A stretch of 58,372 nt of DNA from a virus (taxonomy: Duplodnaviria > Caudoviricetes). Position 1 is the stretch's first letter, and each line of letters opens with the position of its first letter. Both the position numbers and the translations under genes were made by a program. Positions 44,930-54,573 of this stretch are shown in pieces. Location of the stretch: positions 1 through 58,372 of IMG/VR virus record IMGVR_UViG_3300032327_000398. One strand, given 5' to 3'. The notes below the pieces were generated by a model. The model did no database searches. It was given only the letters and a program-made list of their open reading frames with translations, and was not told the origin of the DNA.

Positions 44930-47900
44930 TTAGTTGGCATAACCAGCAGCTTTTACCCCACTAGTTTGCAGGTTTTTCGTGGTGCGTTGATCGTACTTAC
45001 GAGCAGCCTGCGGGGCTTTAAAGAGCTGTGACATGGGCTGGGTTTTAAACCCAAGGTCTCTGCGCGATGCATTGATCTCTGTCCATCGCTCCCGTGCGTC
45101 CTGCATGGCAGCGCTATCCCCCTTCTTATACGCTTGAACGTAATCGTGTTCCACCTTCTGCGTTTCTTTTCGGTAGTACGCTTCGTAGGTAGTTTCCACG
45201 CGATTGATGAATTCCTTATCCGCTAACGTATTGGTCTTTAACCCAACAGCGGTCATCATGGAGTCAAACACCCCGACTTCAGCTGGTGACAAAATCGTAG
45301 CTCCGTTGGCACGCGTCAATCCCTTTTCTTGTTGATCGAACGCCTTAACGATATTGGCAATACCTGTGGGCAGTGCTTTTTGCAGACCACCGATAAAGTC
45401 ACCATCAGCCATCTTACCCATACCCTCAAAGGTCTTGGCAGCTAGACCCGCAGTTGGGCCAGCCATACCCAGAAGAATATTCTCCGCAGTGCTTCGGGAC
45501 GCATCCTCAATCTTGGTGTAGGGCAGCAGAGACAGCATCCCACCAAACCCACCAAAGATAGGTTCCATGTCCATGCCAAGTGATTTGGGAACACCTTTGA
45601 GTAGGAAGTTTGCGAGCCCTGTGTCGCCAATGGCACGACGCATGCGGGCTTCTTGTGCTTCTGGATCGTCCGGTTCATCGCCATCGGACATTATCTTTCC
45701 AACCATCCATGCAATGGCTTTGTAGCCGGGCAGCGCCATCAACCCACCGAAGGTAAATGCAGTGCCTAGGGTATACCCTAGTGCGTACTTACCGACCGCG
45801 CGCTCTTCTTTGGATGCACCGGTAAATGCTTGCTGACCGAGTTTAACCATCAGCGACAACTGCACCATCTGGAATTTACGGAACTGAGTCAGTACACGCC
45901 CGGTCTGCGTGCGCATAATGCGCGGTGCGTTAAAGCCTGAGTAATCGCCATGAGTATCGTAAACAGTTTTGCCAGCGTACTTGACCGCAGCATCGTGACC
46001 CATGGTAGGTTTGGCCAGACGGTAAGCCGCGACAGCAGTTGTCACACGGTTAATCCCCTCGACACGTTCTGCCATAGTCTGCAGCTTGGATGTCACACGG
46101 CTAAATGCATCTGTACCTTTCAAACGATCACCCATCTCTTGGTCGAGATCGACGTTAAGCTCACCGCGCTCCATCAGTTCGTGGACAGCCTTCTGCACGT
46201 CCTTGGGCAATTTATCAAGCACGTCACGCGTCAGGTTATTACCCGCCATCACAGCGCCCACATCTTTATAGGCTGTCAGCATCGCACTCACCGCCTGACC
46301 TTGGAAACGACCTGCCAGATAGGGCAAGCTCATCGTCCATGGTTGCATCGCGTTCTGCACGTAGTACAGGGGCTTGGTCAATAACTGCATGACCGAGTTG
46401 GCTTTAAGGATCTTGCCGACTAACTTATTTTCTTTAGACTCAATGCCCATACCATGGCGGGTAAGGATCTCGTTATGCAGGTCTTGGCGCTCCATACGAT
46501 TGTCAGTCGTAATGTCCTCAGCTTCCTTTTTCATGCCGTCGAGCGAGTCTTGGATTTCCTTGGACTTATGAAGCCCTGCCAGAAAGGACGCGTTTGCCAC
46601 GCCGTGCTGGTAGAACGAGCGCATCATGTTGTTCGTCGCACCGGCAATATCATCACGGTGGTGTTCGGAATGACGAGCACTCTGCTCGCTCAGAAGCTGC
46701 AGGTGCAGCTGGGTCAGTAAGTTGTTAATTGCCCGGTGGCTTGCGCTTAAGTCGTCCTCATCTTTCTTATTAGCCAAGCTACGTGTGCGGTACAGCAAGC
46801 CCTGCATCTCTTTGCCACCAAACTTATTGGCTGCATCGTCCTTCATAAAGGATTGGGTTTCGCCATACTTCTTGAGCTGCTCCTCGATCTTGGCAGCTTG
46901 CACACCGTTCTCTGCGAAGTGAACTTGGAAGTGCTTGGGGTCATCACGATTCTTATTAACAAACTTCTGGGCGGCTTTGATCGCAGCTTCGTCGTACTGG
47001 CCTGATTTGCGATTGTTCAGGATGTCCTGATTCATCATCATCTCGGGCGAGCGCATGGTGACAACATGATCGCCAAAACGACCGAGCGGTGCGTAAGGGT
47101 TTTCCCCACGTATATTCATTACGCTATTGAGATGTCCGAGCTCAAAGTCTTTTTCATCTTCGAGTCGCTTGACTTCCTTGACGTCTCCCACAGCGCGTGC
47201 GTTAGCAATACCAATGTCGTAGTTTGCGATCGTGGTGTCTTCGATCTGGTGCTGGATCTGCTTCATGCTTGAGTAGCCATGGGCGAACACGTTACGCACG
47301 ACCTGACGGGCTGCGTCAGTAGTCAAGTTCTTATAGGCAAGTTCCAAGCCCGGGTCAACCTTGGCAGTGTTCTGCCCTGTCGACGCATTAGTAAGCCAGC
47401 TCGGTGTAAATGCCCAGCGTTTGTTACGTGTGGATTCTTTAATGAGTGCGTTGACCGAGCGCTGATCGGCTGCAGACAGTGCCTCAAAGCTCTGACCAAT
47501 CTTTTCAACGGCGCGGCGTTCATCATTACGGATGGCAACCTGCTCACCCATGGCACGCATATACGACACGGCGGACGGCATGTATTTCTCAGCGCGCGCA
47601 ACCAGATCCTTGGTAAAGGAAAGTGCCATCACACCACGCTGGATTTGCTCCGCGAAGGACTTGTAATAGAGCTGTGCGTTTGGGGGGAGCTTGGCTATGT
47701 TCTTGGCAACAACACCCTTGGCAGGTAGAGAGAACTGCATGTCTCCCACATCACCATTACGGGCAGTCGCTACACGTTGGATGTTCTTGTCGTTAAAAAT
47801 AACCGAGTTACGCGTTGCCGTTTTAACTTCTGGATGTTTAGCAACGTAATCTGCTAATCGCTTTTTACGCTCGGCAAGGTATTGCTCAGCGCGAGTAACG

Positions 47901-50900
47901 TCCTCTTGTCTTTTAGGTAGCCACTTATCCTTAGATATGTAAAACCCTGCAAGAGACACGGGGTGTTTTAATTCCCACTCGCTCGGTTTTTCCGCAATGT
48001 ATTTCTCTAACTCATCTTTTGACTCTTGGAGCAAAACCTCTGCAGCTTGGACGTCTCTAGTGTAGCGGGCAGTTCGTTTACGAACAAGATTACCCGAGCG
48101 GCTTGGATCGTCCAAGAACTTGAGACCTTTGACACCATGCTCATCTAAATACATGGACGCTGCGCGGTCGTCCTGACCCTGCTCTTGTGCATCCAGCACG
48201 TCTGGGTTGTTCGATGGGATCGTATCGTCTCTACTTGCTCGCTCAAGTATTTTGTAAAGATCTTTACCCGTCATCTCAGTTGCGTCGATGTTTATCTGAT
48301 CGAGGTAGTCATCAAAGTTTTCTTGCCCAATCTCTGAGCGTATTTTCTCAACGGCTTGTTTGACGTGATCGCTTTGCTCGGACATCGGCGCATCATAATC
48401 TAGCCACTCGTAGTCAGCGATGTTTGAGTCCACACGGTGCAGTGAGCCTTGGTTAGTGTCTGATTGCCGTCCTTTATTTTTAATATCACGCACACGATAG
48501 CCTTGGCCAATACCAAAGCGTTGGGCAGCATAAGTACCCCAACCGAAAGCCTGAGCGCCCTCACCTGAGTTCATGAACGCGTGATTAAATTTTCTGAATG
48601 ATGCTGCGGTGCCGTGCCAGCTTCCAGACATTTCTAACTTGGCTGCACCGTAGGCCATGTCGACCATATCCTGCGCAGTGAGCTTCTCTGGATTGAACCC
48701 AAGTTTACGTATCGCTGCTTTCATGGCAGCGTAAACCGAACGGAACCAACGACCAAGCTCGGACTTGTAGCTCAGCGCCGTAGGATCAACACCCATGTTG
48801 ATCGCTTCTTCAAGGAAGTACGCAACAAGCTCGGTATTACGTTGATTGTCAGATGCGTTAGCAGAAAATACTCGGCCAAGTGCTTTGACAGCAATCTTGG
48901 ACTCGATGGAGTCGTCCTGCTTTCCAGCCCATGCAACAATACTATCTACTAGCTTGTCAAACTGAGCGTCGTTAAGCAGACGTTGAATACCGAGATGGGA
49001 GCCAACTTCATGAAGGAACACAGCCCGTGTCATACCCTTGGGGATATTTCCCGCGATCAGGTAAGCCTTTCCACCCGCAACGACACCCCTTGAGTTAGCG
49101 TCGAACTTCGGGTGGTTACGAATATCAGCAGGTAATTGTTCAACCGATTCAACAACTACCAGACGGCTTTCGTTTAGGGTTCCAACAAATTCTTTAACCG
49201 CAGCATTTGCGGAAGCAACCGTTTCAGTTTCTCCATTGGTACTCGTATTGCTGGTACTGTTCTGGATAGCGTCGTCTTTGGGTACGAGCCCATTCTTCTC
49301 CATGAACTTAACTACGTCCGCTAGCTTTTGGCTCGGCAGGTCAAAGGCTGCAAAGTCTGACTGTTGCTTCTCGGTTAGCTCTGAGAACTTCTTGGCACCG
49401 GGGATTACGGCAACGGCTTTGTCCCATGACCTACTAGCCACGTCCTTGCGTGTCTCTCCTACCGCAGCGGTCTGCGCGGGTGCTGCTTTCTCAGTGGTTT
49501 TCTCGGCAGCGACTTTTCTAGGTGTGGTTACTTTCTTAGGCTTTTCTGTACCCGTTTCTTTCTTGCTTAGATTTTTCTTGGCCGCTTTGATGTTGGCTGT
49601 TGCCTGCTTTGTCTCAAAATCATCAAGCGCTTTCTGAGTGGACTCTACCAAGTCCTGATCGCCAGCTTCGTGCGCGGCATCATTAGCTGCTTGGAGTGCT
49701 TCCCATTTGGCAGCAGCGGCTTCGTTTGTATTACCAAACTCACTTTTGCTCGCGCCGGTGCTACCAGTACGAATATTGACGTTAGACTCGATATTGCCTT
49801 CGCTGTCTATAGACCCATCGCCCAGTACAGATTCTTGCTCGAAGCCACGAACACCTGAGCCATCTTCCAAGAACTGCTGGATTTCGCTTTTCTCGTTCTC
49901 ACGATCCGCAGACTCAATCCATTTCGTAACTTCGCTTGGTGCAATAAGTGCTTGGTAAAGATCAGTCGGGGTCATGCCCTCCGGCAACTGAATCGAAGAT
50001 CCGATAGCGTTGAGTGAGGTGGCGTACTTAGCCAGCCAACGCGATATATCCCCACTATTACGAGGAATATCTGCACTCCATTTCTTAATCTGAGACTCAG
50101 TTACCCCTAGCTCTTTGGCAATTTCTGCCTGCGTGTTATTACGGTCTGCTAGAGCCCGACCCCAGTTTTCTTGGAAAAATTTGGCTTTCGCTTCAAGATC
50201 TTGACCTTGCGGAGTGGCGTGACGAAAAACTCGTAATAAAAAATCACCAATAAATGATCGAGTTTTTTCGGCCTCTATTTCGACGAGGGGTCTTTCGCTT
50301 TCTTGAGTTGACTGCGTTCGAAGGCCGGTAGAATTGCCTTGAATATCTCTATCGAGTTGCGTGTCACCATCTTGTCGTGCGCCAGCGTCCCCCGTTTGGG
50401 AGTCTGATCTGACGACAATGCGGGTTCCACTGGTGTCAATAGAGAGTCCGGTACCTGCAGTTCCTGATCCTGCTGCGGGTCTATCGGTGGTTTGACCATT
50501 TGTGTCATCCTTTCTTGGAGCGCGGCCTTTGGAACCGATGAGTTTACCGGAAGACGTGAGCTTTGGTGCAGGATTTATTTCCTGCGTTTGACTGCCATCA
50601 TTGGAAATATTGGCATCGGGGGTGAGTACGGCTCGTTGTCCATCTCCACCATCTCCGCTGGTGTCATTTTGCTCGCCATTCGATCCAGCAACGATACTTC
50701 CTGCTCCGACGGGTTGAACGCCCGTTGATCGTATAAGCCCAATTTGGTTTCCGCTAGTTTCATTTGTTCCGCTTTGCTCTGGAACTTCTCCCAGCCCGGC
50801 AGTGTTTTGCAATCCTTCATTTGATGCTCCTGTAGTGTTTTGAGTTAAAAGCGTGCGAAGACCATCTGGCGCTGCCGGCGATACCAACCCTGCGCGTTCC

Positions 50901-52879
50901 ATTTGTCCTAGCAAATCTTGTGCGCGTTTATAGTCAACCCGGAAATGTCGTTGGATAAGCGACACCGATGCGCGATTATTTTTTTGTATTAGCTCGACTG
51001 CTGGGGCGTAGAGCGGATCAGTTGCAGCGTTTGCGGCATCCAGACGTGCCTGTGCTTCTTTAACTGCGTCTGATGTAGCCGTTGTAACTGCACTTGGTGC
51101 AGTAGAGTCAACTTTTGTATCGGTAGCAACAGGTGTTGCAGCCGTGGTAGCTACGGCAGTGGATGCAGACTTAGCAGCGGGTTTACCAGTGGGTGTTTTC
51201 TTGGCGTCCTTGGTTGCCTGCTTAGCGGCCTGCTTATCCGCCTCAGCCTTGGCTACCTCAGCTTGATGTGCGTCATTACGCGCCACCGCACGTTCCCTAG
51301 CCGGTGAGTCAGCCCCAGTTAATTCTTTGTGTAGTTTGTTTAGCTCGTTGGCAAACTTAGCACCCTTGCCATCAAGACGTATGTCTTCACTTGCAGGGAT
51401 CGCGTCAATCTGTGCGTCAATCCTGGAGATAACTTCAGCAGGGTTTGCAGCCGTGTCTAACTGGTTCTTCTTTAGGTACGCTGTAACTGCGTTCACTACC
51501 CCTTTAGGGTTTGCGTCAGGCGTGACTTGTACCGCACCCGAATTAATAACCGCACCGATAAGCGTCTTTTGCTCAGGTGACATATTGGAGGACGCTTTTT
51601 CGAGTCCGACGATAAATGCCTTAGCGTCATTCTGGGTAAAAATTGGTTTACTACCGATTGAGAATTGTCCCGTTGGATTACCATCTGCGCCCATGGTTGG
51701 ACGAACACCAAACGTCCCTGCGACAGTAGCAAAGCCTGCATCATGTGATGCCTGTGTCTGCTGCGCTGCAGCGGCAGCATCAGCTTGTTGTTTCTGGATA
51801 TTAGCGGCAGCAACAGCTGCGGAGTCAGCCTCGTTCTGTTTAATCTGTTCAGGAGTCAGCAATTGCGGGCCGATACTTGCCACGGCTTTAGCTTGGGAGT
51901 TGGCAGCGATTTGCTCAGGCGTAAGCGAAGAGGTGTTCGTGAAATCGTTTTCATTAATGGCAGCACCAATTGCACCACCCGCGCTTGGCCTACGGCCTCT
52001 AAAGCCAGCGGGCAAACCCATCACACCTTCAACTACACCGCCAATCACACCGGCATTTAAACGCTGGCTGAACTTCTCGTCATCAGTAAGTGGCTTGCCA
52101 ACTGCCATCTCAAGCTCACCTTGCGTAAGCTCACTTGTCGCACCCGATGCGCCCTGCACGGCAAAGTTCTTGCCCATACGTGTCAGCAGATTACCCGAGG
52201 CACCACTGCCATTGGCGAGCTTTCCAAACAACATAGCTTGGGGAATAGTCTCGGCCAGAGCATGCGGAACCGCACCAAGGAAGGCAGTAGCACCGGGGCT
52301 TTTATCTTCTGGGTTCTCGCTCGCAGAGTCATACATCGAGCCCACGCCCGTGCCGTAATTAAACGCAGCACCGCCCGTAATAGCACGGGCTAAGTCTTTG
52401 CCGCCTTCAAGAGCTGCACGTCTGGCTGCAAACGACGACCCAGCCTCAAGCGCTGCAGCCCCACCACCACCAAGTATTCTTGGAACGAACGCCGCACCTC
52501 GTGCGAGCGCAGCGGGTATAGCCACTTCGGGGAGTGCGATAGCGGTAGCTACTGATCCAGCTAGGTTAGGGAGTTGCTTACCAATCTGATACGCCAACAT
52601 CGGGGCAGCGTTGCCCCAGCTAATGTCTTCAATCTTCTCTAGGTCTGGGCGACCGTTTAACCTTGACTCTATGCTGTTTCGATCAGCGCCCTCCTCACCC
52701 CAGTTTTTTATCTTGTTAGAGCCAACTAGATCACCGATAGCTGCGATACCAGAGTATCCAAGGCCCTGCAGATCGTCGATACCTGATGATACGCCTGATA
52801 CTAAAGCGTTACGGTCTTGCCGTCTAATATCCTGAACAGGGTCATTGTCTAGTGGTTCAAAATCGTTAAGCAACGCCAT
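44930..52879 (-). CDS. Giant polyvalent internal virion/ejection protein (2649 aa)
   Basis: Gly/Ala hydrophobic N-terminus, FtsK-gamma-like domain, HTH, HEVGSH zincin-like, WHGT...FGWGTY ART-like and PLGRFG motifs. Confidence 0.8.
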   Translation of the reverse strand: MALLNDFEPLDNDPVQDIRRQDRNALVSGVSSGIDDLQGLGYSGIAAIGDLVGSNKIKNWGEEGADRNSIESRLNGRPDLEKIEDISWGNAAPMLAYQIGKQLPNLAGSVATAIALPEVAIPAALARGAAFVPRILGGGGAAALEAGSSFAARRAALEGGKDLARAITGGAAFNYGTGVGSMYDSASENPEDKSPGATAFLGAVPHALAETIPQAMLFGKLANGSGASGNLLTRMGKNFAVQGASGATSELTQGELEMAVGKPLTDDEKFSQRLNAGVIGGVVEGVMGLPAGFRGRRPSAGGAIGAAINENDFTNTSSLTPEQIAANSQAKAVASIGPQLLTPEQIKQNEADSAAVAAANIQKQQADAAAAAQQTQASHDAGFATVAGTFGVRPTMGADGNPTGQFSIGSKPIFTQNDAKAFIVGLEKASSNMSPEQKTLIGAVINSGAVQVTPDANPKGVVNAVTAYLKKNQLDTAANPAEVISRIDAQIDAIPASEDIRLDGKGAKFANELNKLHKELTGADSPARERAVARNDAHQAEVAKAEADKQAAKQATKDAKKTPTGKPAAKSASTAVATTAATPVATDTKVDSTAPSAVTTATSDAVKEAQARLDAANAATDPLYAPAVELIQKNNRASVSLIQRHFRVDYKRAQDLLGQMERAGLVSPAAPDGLRTLLTQNTTGASNEGLQNTAGLGEVPEQSGTNETSGNQIGLIRSTGVQPVGAGSIVAGSNGEQNDTSGDGGDGQRAVLTPDANISNDGSQTQEINPAPKLTSSGKLIGSKGRAPRKDDTNGQTTDRPAAGSGTAGTGLSIDTSGTRIVVRSDSQTGDAGARQDGDTQLDRDIQGNSTGLRTQSTQESERPLVEIEAEKTRSFIGDFLLRVFRHATPQGQDLEAKAKFFQENWGRALADRNNTQAEIAKELGVTESQIKKWSADIPRNSGDISRWLAKYATSLNAIGSSIQLPEGMTPTDLYQALIAPSEVTKWIESADRENEKSEIQQFLEDGSGVRGFEQESVLGDGSIDSEGNIESNVNIRTGSTGASKSEFGNTNEAAAAKWEALQAANDAAHEAGDQDLVESTQKALDDFETKQATANIKAAKKNLSKKETGTEKPKKVTTPRKVAAEKTTEKAAPAQTAAVGETRKDVASRSWDKAVAVIPGAKKFSELTEKQQSDFAAFDLPSQKLADVVKFMEKNGLVPKDDAIQNSTSNTSTNGETETVASANAAVKEFVGTLNESRLVVVESVEQLPADIRNHPKFDANSRGVVAGGKAYLIAGNIPKGMTRAVFLHEVGSHLGIQRLLNDAQFDKLVDSIVAWAGKQDDSIESKIAVKALGRVFSANASDNQRNTELVAYFLEEAINMGVDPTALSYKSELGRWFRSVYAAMKAAIRKLGFNPEKLTAQDMVDMAYGAAKLEMSGSWHGTAASFRKFNHAFMNSGEGAQAFGWGTYAAQRFGIGQGYRVRDIKNKGRQSDTNQGSLHRVDSNIADYEWLDYDAPMSEQSDHVKQAVEKIRSEIGQENFDDYLDQINIDATEMTGKDLYKILERASRDDTIPSNNPDVLDAQEQGQDDRAASMYLDEHGVKGLKFLDDPSRSGNLVRKRTARYTRDVQAAEVLLQESKDELEKYIAEKPSEWELKHPVSLAGFYISKDKWLPKRQEDVTRAEQYLAERKKRLADYVAKHPEVKTATRNSVIFNDKNIQRVATARNGDVGDMQFSLPAKGVVAKNIAKLPPNAQLYYKSFAEQIQRGVMALSFTKDLVARAEKYMPSAVSYMRAMGEQVAIRNDERRAVEKIGQSFEALSAADQRSVNALIKESTRNKRWAFTPSWLTNASTGQNTAKVDPGLELAYKNLTTDAARQVVRNVFAHGYSSMKQIQHQIEDTTIANYDIGIANARAVGDVKEVKRLEDEKDFELGHLNSVMNIRGENPYAPLGRFGDHVVTMRSPEMMMNQDILNNRKSGQYDEAAIKAAQKFVNKNRDDPKHFQVHFAENGVQAAKIEEQLKKYGETQSFMKDDAANKFGGKEMQGLLYRTRSLANKKDEDDLSASHRAINNLLTQLHLQLLSEQSARHSEHHRDDIAGATNNMMRSFYQHGVANASFLAGLHKSKEIQDSLDGMKKEAEDITTDNRMERQDLHNEILTRHGMGIESKENKLVGKILKANSVMQLLTKPLYYVQNAMQPWTMSLPYLAGRFQGQAVSAMLTAYKDVGAVMAGNNLTRDVLDKLPKDVQKAVHELMERGELNVDLDQEMGDRLKGTDAFSRVTSKLQTMAERVEGINRVTTAVAAYRLAKPTMGHDAAVKYAGKTVYDTHGDYSGFNAPRIMRTQTGRVLTQFRKFQMVQLSLMVKLGQQAFTGASKEERAVGKYALGYTLGTAFTFGGLMALPGYKAIAWMVGKIMSDGDEPDDPEAQEARMRRAIGDTGLANFLLKGVPKSLGMDMEPIFGGFGGMLSLLPYTKIEDASRSTAENILLGMAGPTAGLAAKTFEGMGKMADGDFIGGLQKALPTGIANIVKAFDQQEKGLTRANGATILSPAEVGVFDSMMTAVGLKTNTLADKEFINRVETTYEAYYRKETQKVEHDYVQAYKKGDSAAMQDARERWTEINASRRDLGFKTQPMSQLFKAPQAARKYDQRTTKNLQTSGVKAAGYAN
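50275..50499 (-). CDS. Putative nested +1-frame ORF B inside the giant gene
   Basis: AAAGGA-8 nt-ATG; 74 aa MVKPPIDPQQDQ...KKAKDPSSK. Confidence 0.45.
   Translation of the reverse strand: MVKPPIDPQQDQELQVPDSLLTPVEPALSSDQTPKRGTLAHDKMVTRNSIEIFKAILPAFERSQLKKAKDPSSK
50575..50820 (-). CDS. Putative nested +1-frame ORF A inside the giant gene
   Basis: ACAGGAG-6 nt-ATG; 81 aa MKDCKTLPGWEKF...MMAVKRRK with protein-like composition. Confidence 0.55.
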   Translation of the reverse strand: MKDCKTLPGWEKFQSKAEQMKLAETKLGLYDQRAFNPSEQEVSLLDRMASKMTPAEMVEMDNEPYSPPMPIFPMMAVKRRK

Positions 52880-52899
52880 GTCTAGCCTCTACAAAGAAT

Positions 52900-54561
52900 T
52901 TATTTTGTTTGATTTGCCGTACGACGTTCACCAGTTTTCTTATTTTCAAAAACCAACGTACCACCGCCTAGGGCACTATTCTTTTGACGCCCGATCGGCT
53001 CAAACCCCTGCTTGTACATTGAGGCAATTGTGAATCGTTCATTAGCGTTGGATGGAGCCAGAACACCTCGAGCACTTGGAGGTAGTGGGACTTCTCCGGT
53101 TGGGTCTTCCAACGCTACGCTTTGCTTCATAGCTGCGCTAGTCTTTGCGGCTTTATCAATACTTACGAAAGCGTCTTTCTCGTTGTCGTACCACTTGTTA
53201 TCAGCACCCTTAAACCCTGCACGACCTTTTGCGTCTACGGCACCTATAACTCCAGCACTCGCAGCAGACTCTGATACTTTAGGAGTTCCTTTATCGACCC
53301 ATCCTGCACCATCACGGAATTCCTGTACCCGATCTCCATTTGGGGTTGTACGCATCGTGCCGTCGGTACTGACCTTCCAATCGACCGTGGGCTTTTGATT
53401 GCCCTTCCCCTTATAGATTTTCCAAGCAGCAGCGTCTGCCTCTTCTACCGTATAAGGTTTTTTAGTAGCCGGATTTATTTCCTGACCTTTAACTAAGTCT
53501 TGAGCTATGTACCCAACTTCCTCGGCAGCAACCTCAGCTTTGGATGGTTTTGCGCTAGGGTCTCTAGTAAGTACTTGGAGTGCATATGCCCGAGCTTCTT
53601 TAGTATCTTTAAACGGTTCACCTGTTTTTGGATTATTCGTTCCACCACCCATGAACCCAGTCGCCATGGCGTCAGCTTTTTCATTAAGGACGTCCGTAGC
53701 CGTTTGCTTTTTCCCCATGGCTGCACCAGCCGCACCGTAATAGCCAGCTTTAGCTTTTGCCTCAAGTTCTTTAGCGCCGACTTCACGACCTTTAAGGTTA
53801 AGCTCTTCACCCTCTTTAAACTTACCGGGGAGTGATTGATACTTTGCAAATGCTATGTCTTTAAACGCAGCCATGGCAGTCTGCGAATTGATGGGTGTAC
53901 TCGACACAACCTTACCCTTGGTATCTTTCTGCACAAGTGAGGAGCTTCCGTCAGCACCCTGTACAACCTCAGCAGTCATACCGTCATCAAGGTGTCCACC
54001 TTTAGGGGGCTTGTTGTAATCCTTTAGGTTGTCTTGTGCCCACTTAACAGGATCTTTTTGGATCTGGGCAAGTGAGTTCTGGCTCCATGCGCTGAAATCA
54101 TCTTCAGCTTTACCGCGCGAATCGACTCGACGGGCATTGCTAATATCCAAGCCTTCGCGCTCGGCCTTGCGCCCCATGTCGAAGTTAATACCATAGGCGC
54201 GTTTGGTGAAGTCTGCATCAGCCATCTCGCGTGTGTACGCGGTAGTACCCTCTTGCGGTTGGGTCGGGATCGCTTGGACAGGTACTGGTTTTCCATCAGC
54301 ACCGACTTGACCTTGACCGTCACCTGCGAAGACCTGAGCTTCCTCTTTCGGGGCAAGTAGGGCTTCGACGTTATCGTATTTATTCTGGCCGACCTGACCG
54401 TACGTATCACTAGAAGCTTGGGTCAACGCCTCTTTCTGGTCTTGTTCTTTTTGCCATGCGTCAAACATCTTCTGGTCACGAGCTTCTTTATTTAGCCGCT
54501 CGAATGTGCTCACACTGGATTGGGCACCAGCACCAAGCGCTACACCTAAGTTGAATCCCAT
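52900..54561 (-). CDS. Internal virion (ejection) protein
   Basis: MGFNLGVALGAG N-terminus; NP.T..P repeats; lies between the other ejection genes. Confidence 0.6.
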   Translation of the reverse strand: MGFNLGVALGAGAQSSVSTFERLNKEARDQKMFDAWQKEQDQKEALTQASSDTYGQVGQNKYDNVEALLAPKEEAQVFAGDGQGQVGADGKPVPVQAIPTQPQEGTTAYTREMADADFTKRAYGINFDMGRKAEREGLDISNARRVDSRGKAEDDFSAWSQNSLAQIQKDPVKWAQDNLKDYNKPPKGGHLDDGMTAEVVQGADGSSSLVQKDTKGKVVSSTPINSQTAMAAFKDIAFAKYQSLPGKFKEGEELNLKGREVGAKELEAKAKAGYYGAAGAAMGKKQTATDVLNEKADAMATGFMGGGTNNPKTGEPFKDTKEARAYALQVLTRDPSAKPSKAEVAAEEVGYIAQDLVKGQEINPATKKPYTVEEADAAAWKIYKGKGNQKPTVDWKVSTDGTMRTTPNGDRVQEFRDGAGWVDKGTPKVSESAASAGVIGAVDAKGRAGFKGADNKWYDNEKDAFVSIDKAAKTSAAMKQSVALEDPTGEVPLPPSARGVLAPSNANERFTIASMYKQGFEPIGRQKNSALGGGTLVFENKKTGERRTANQTK

Positions 54562-54573
54562 CAGATCACCTAT

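Noticed and set aside
51327-52358. 343-aa plus-strand ORF
   Set aside because: Antisense to the Ala/Gly-rich part of the giant gene, with shadow-like composition
53505-54410. Alternative-frame ORFs inside 52900..54561 as nested genes
   Set aside because: No convincing SD/ATG context and Arg/Lys/Leu-biased off-frame composition, unlike the two ORFs at 50275-50820
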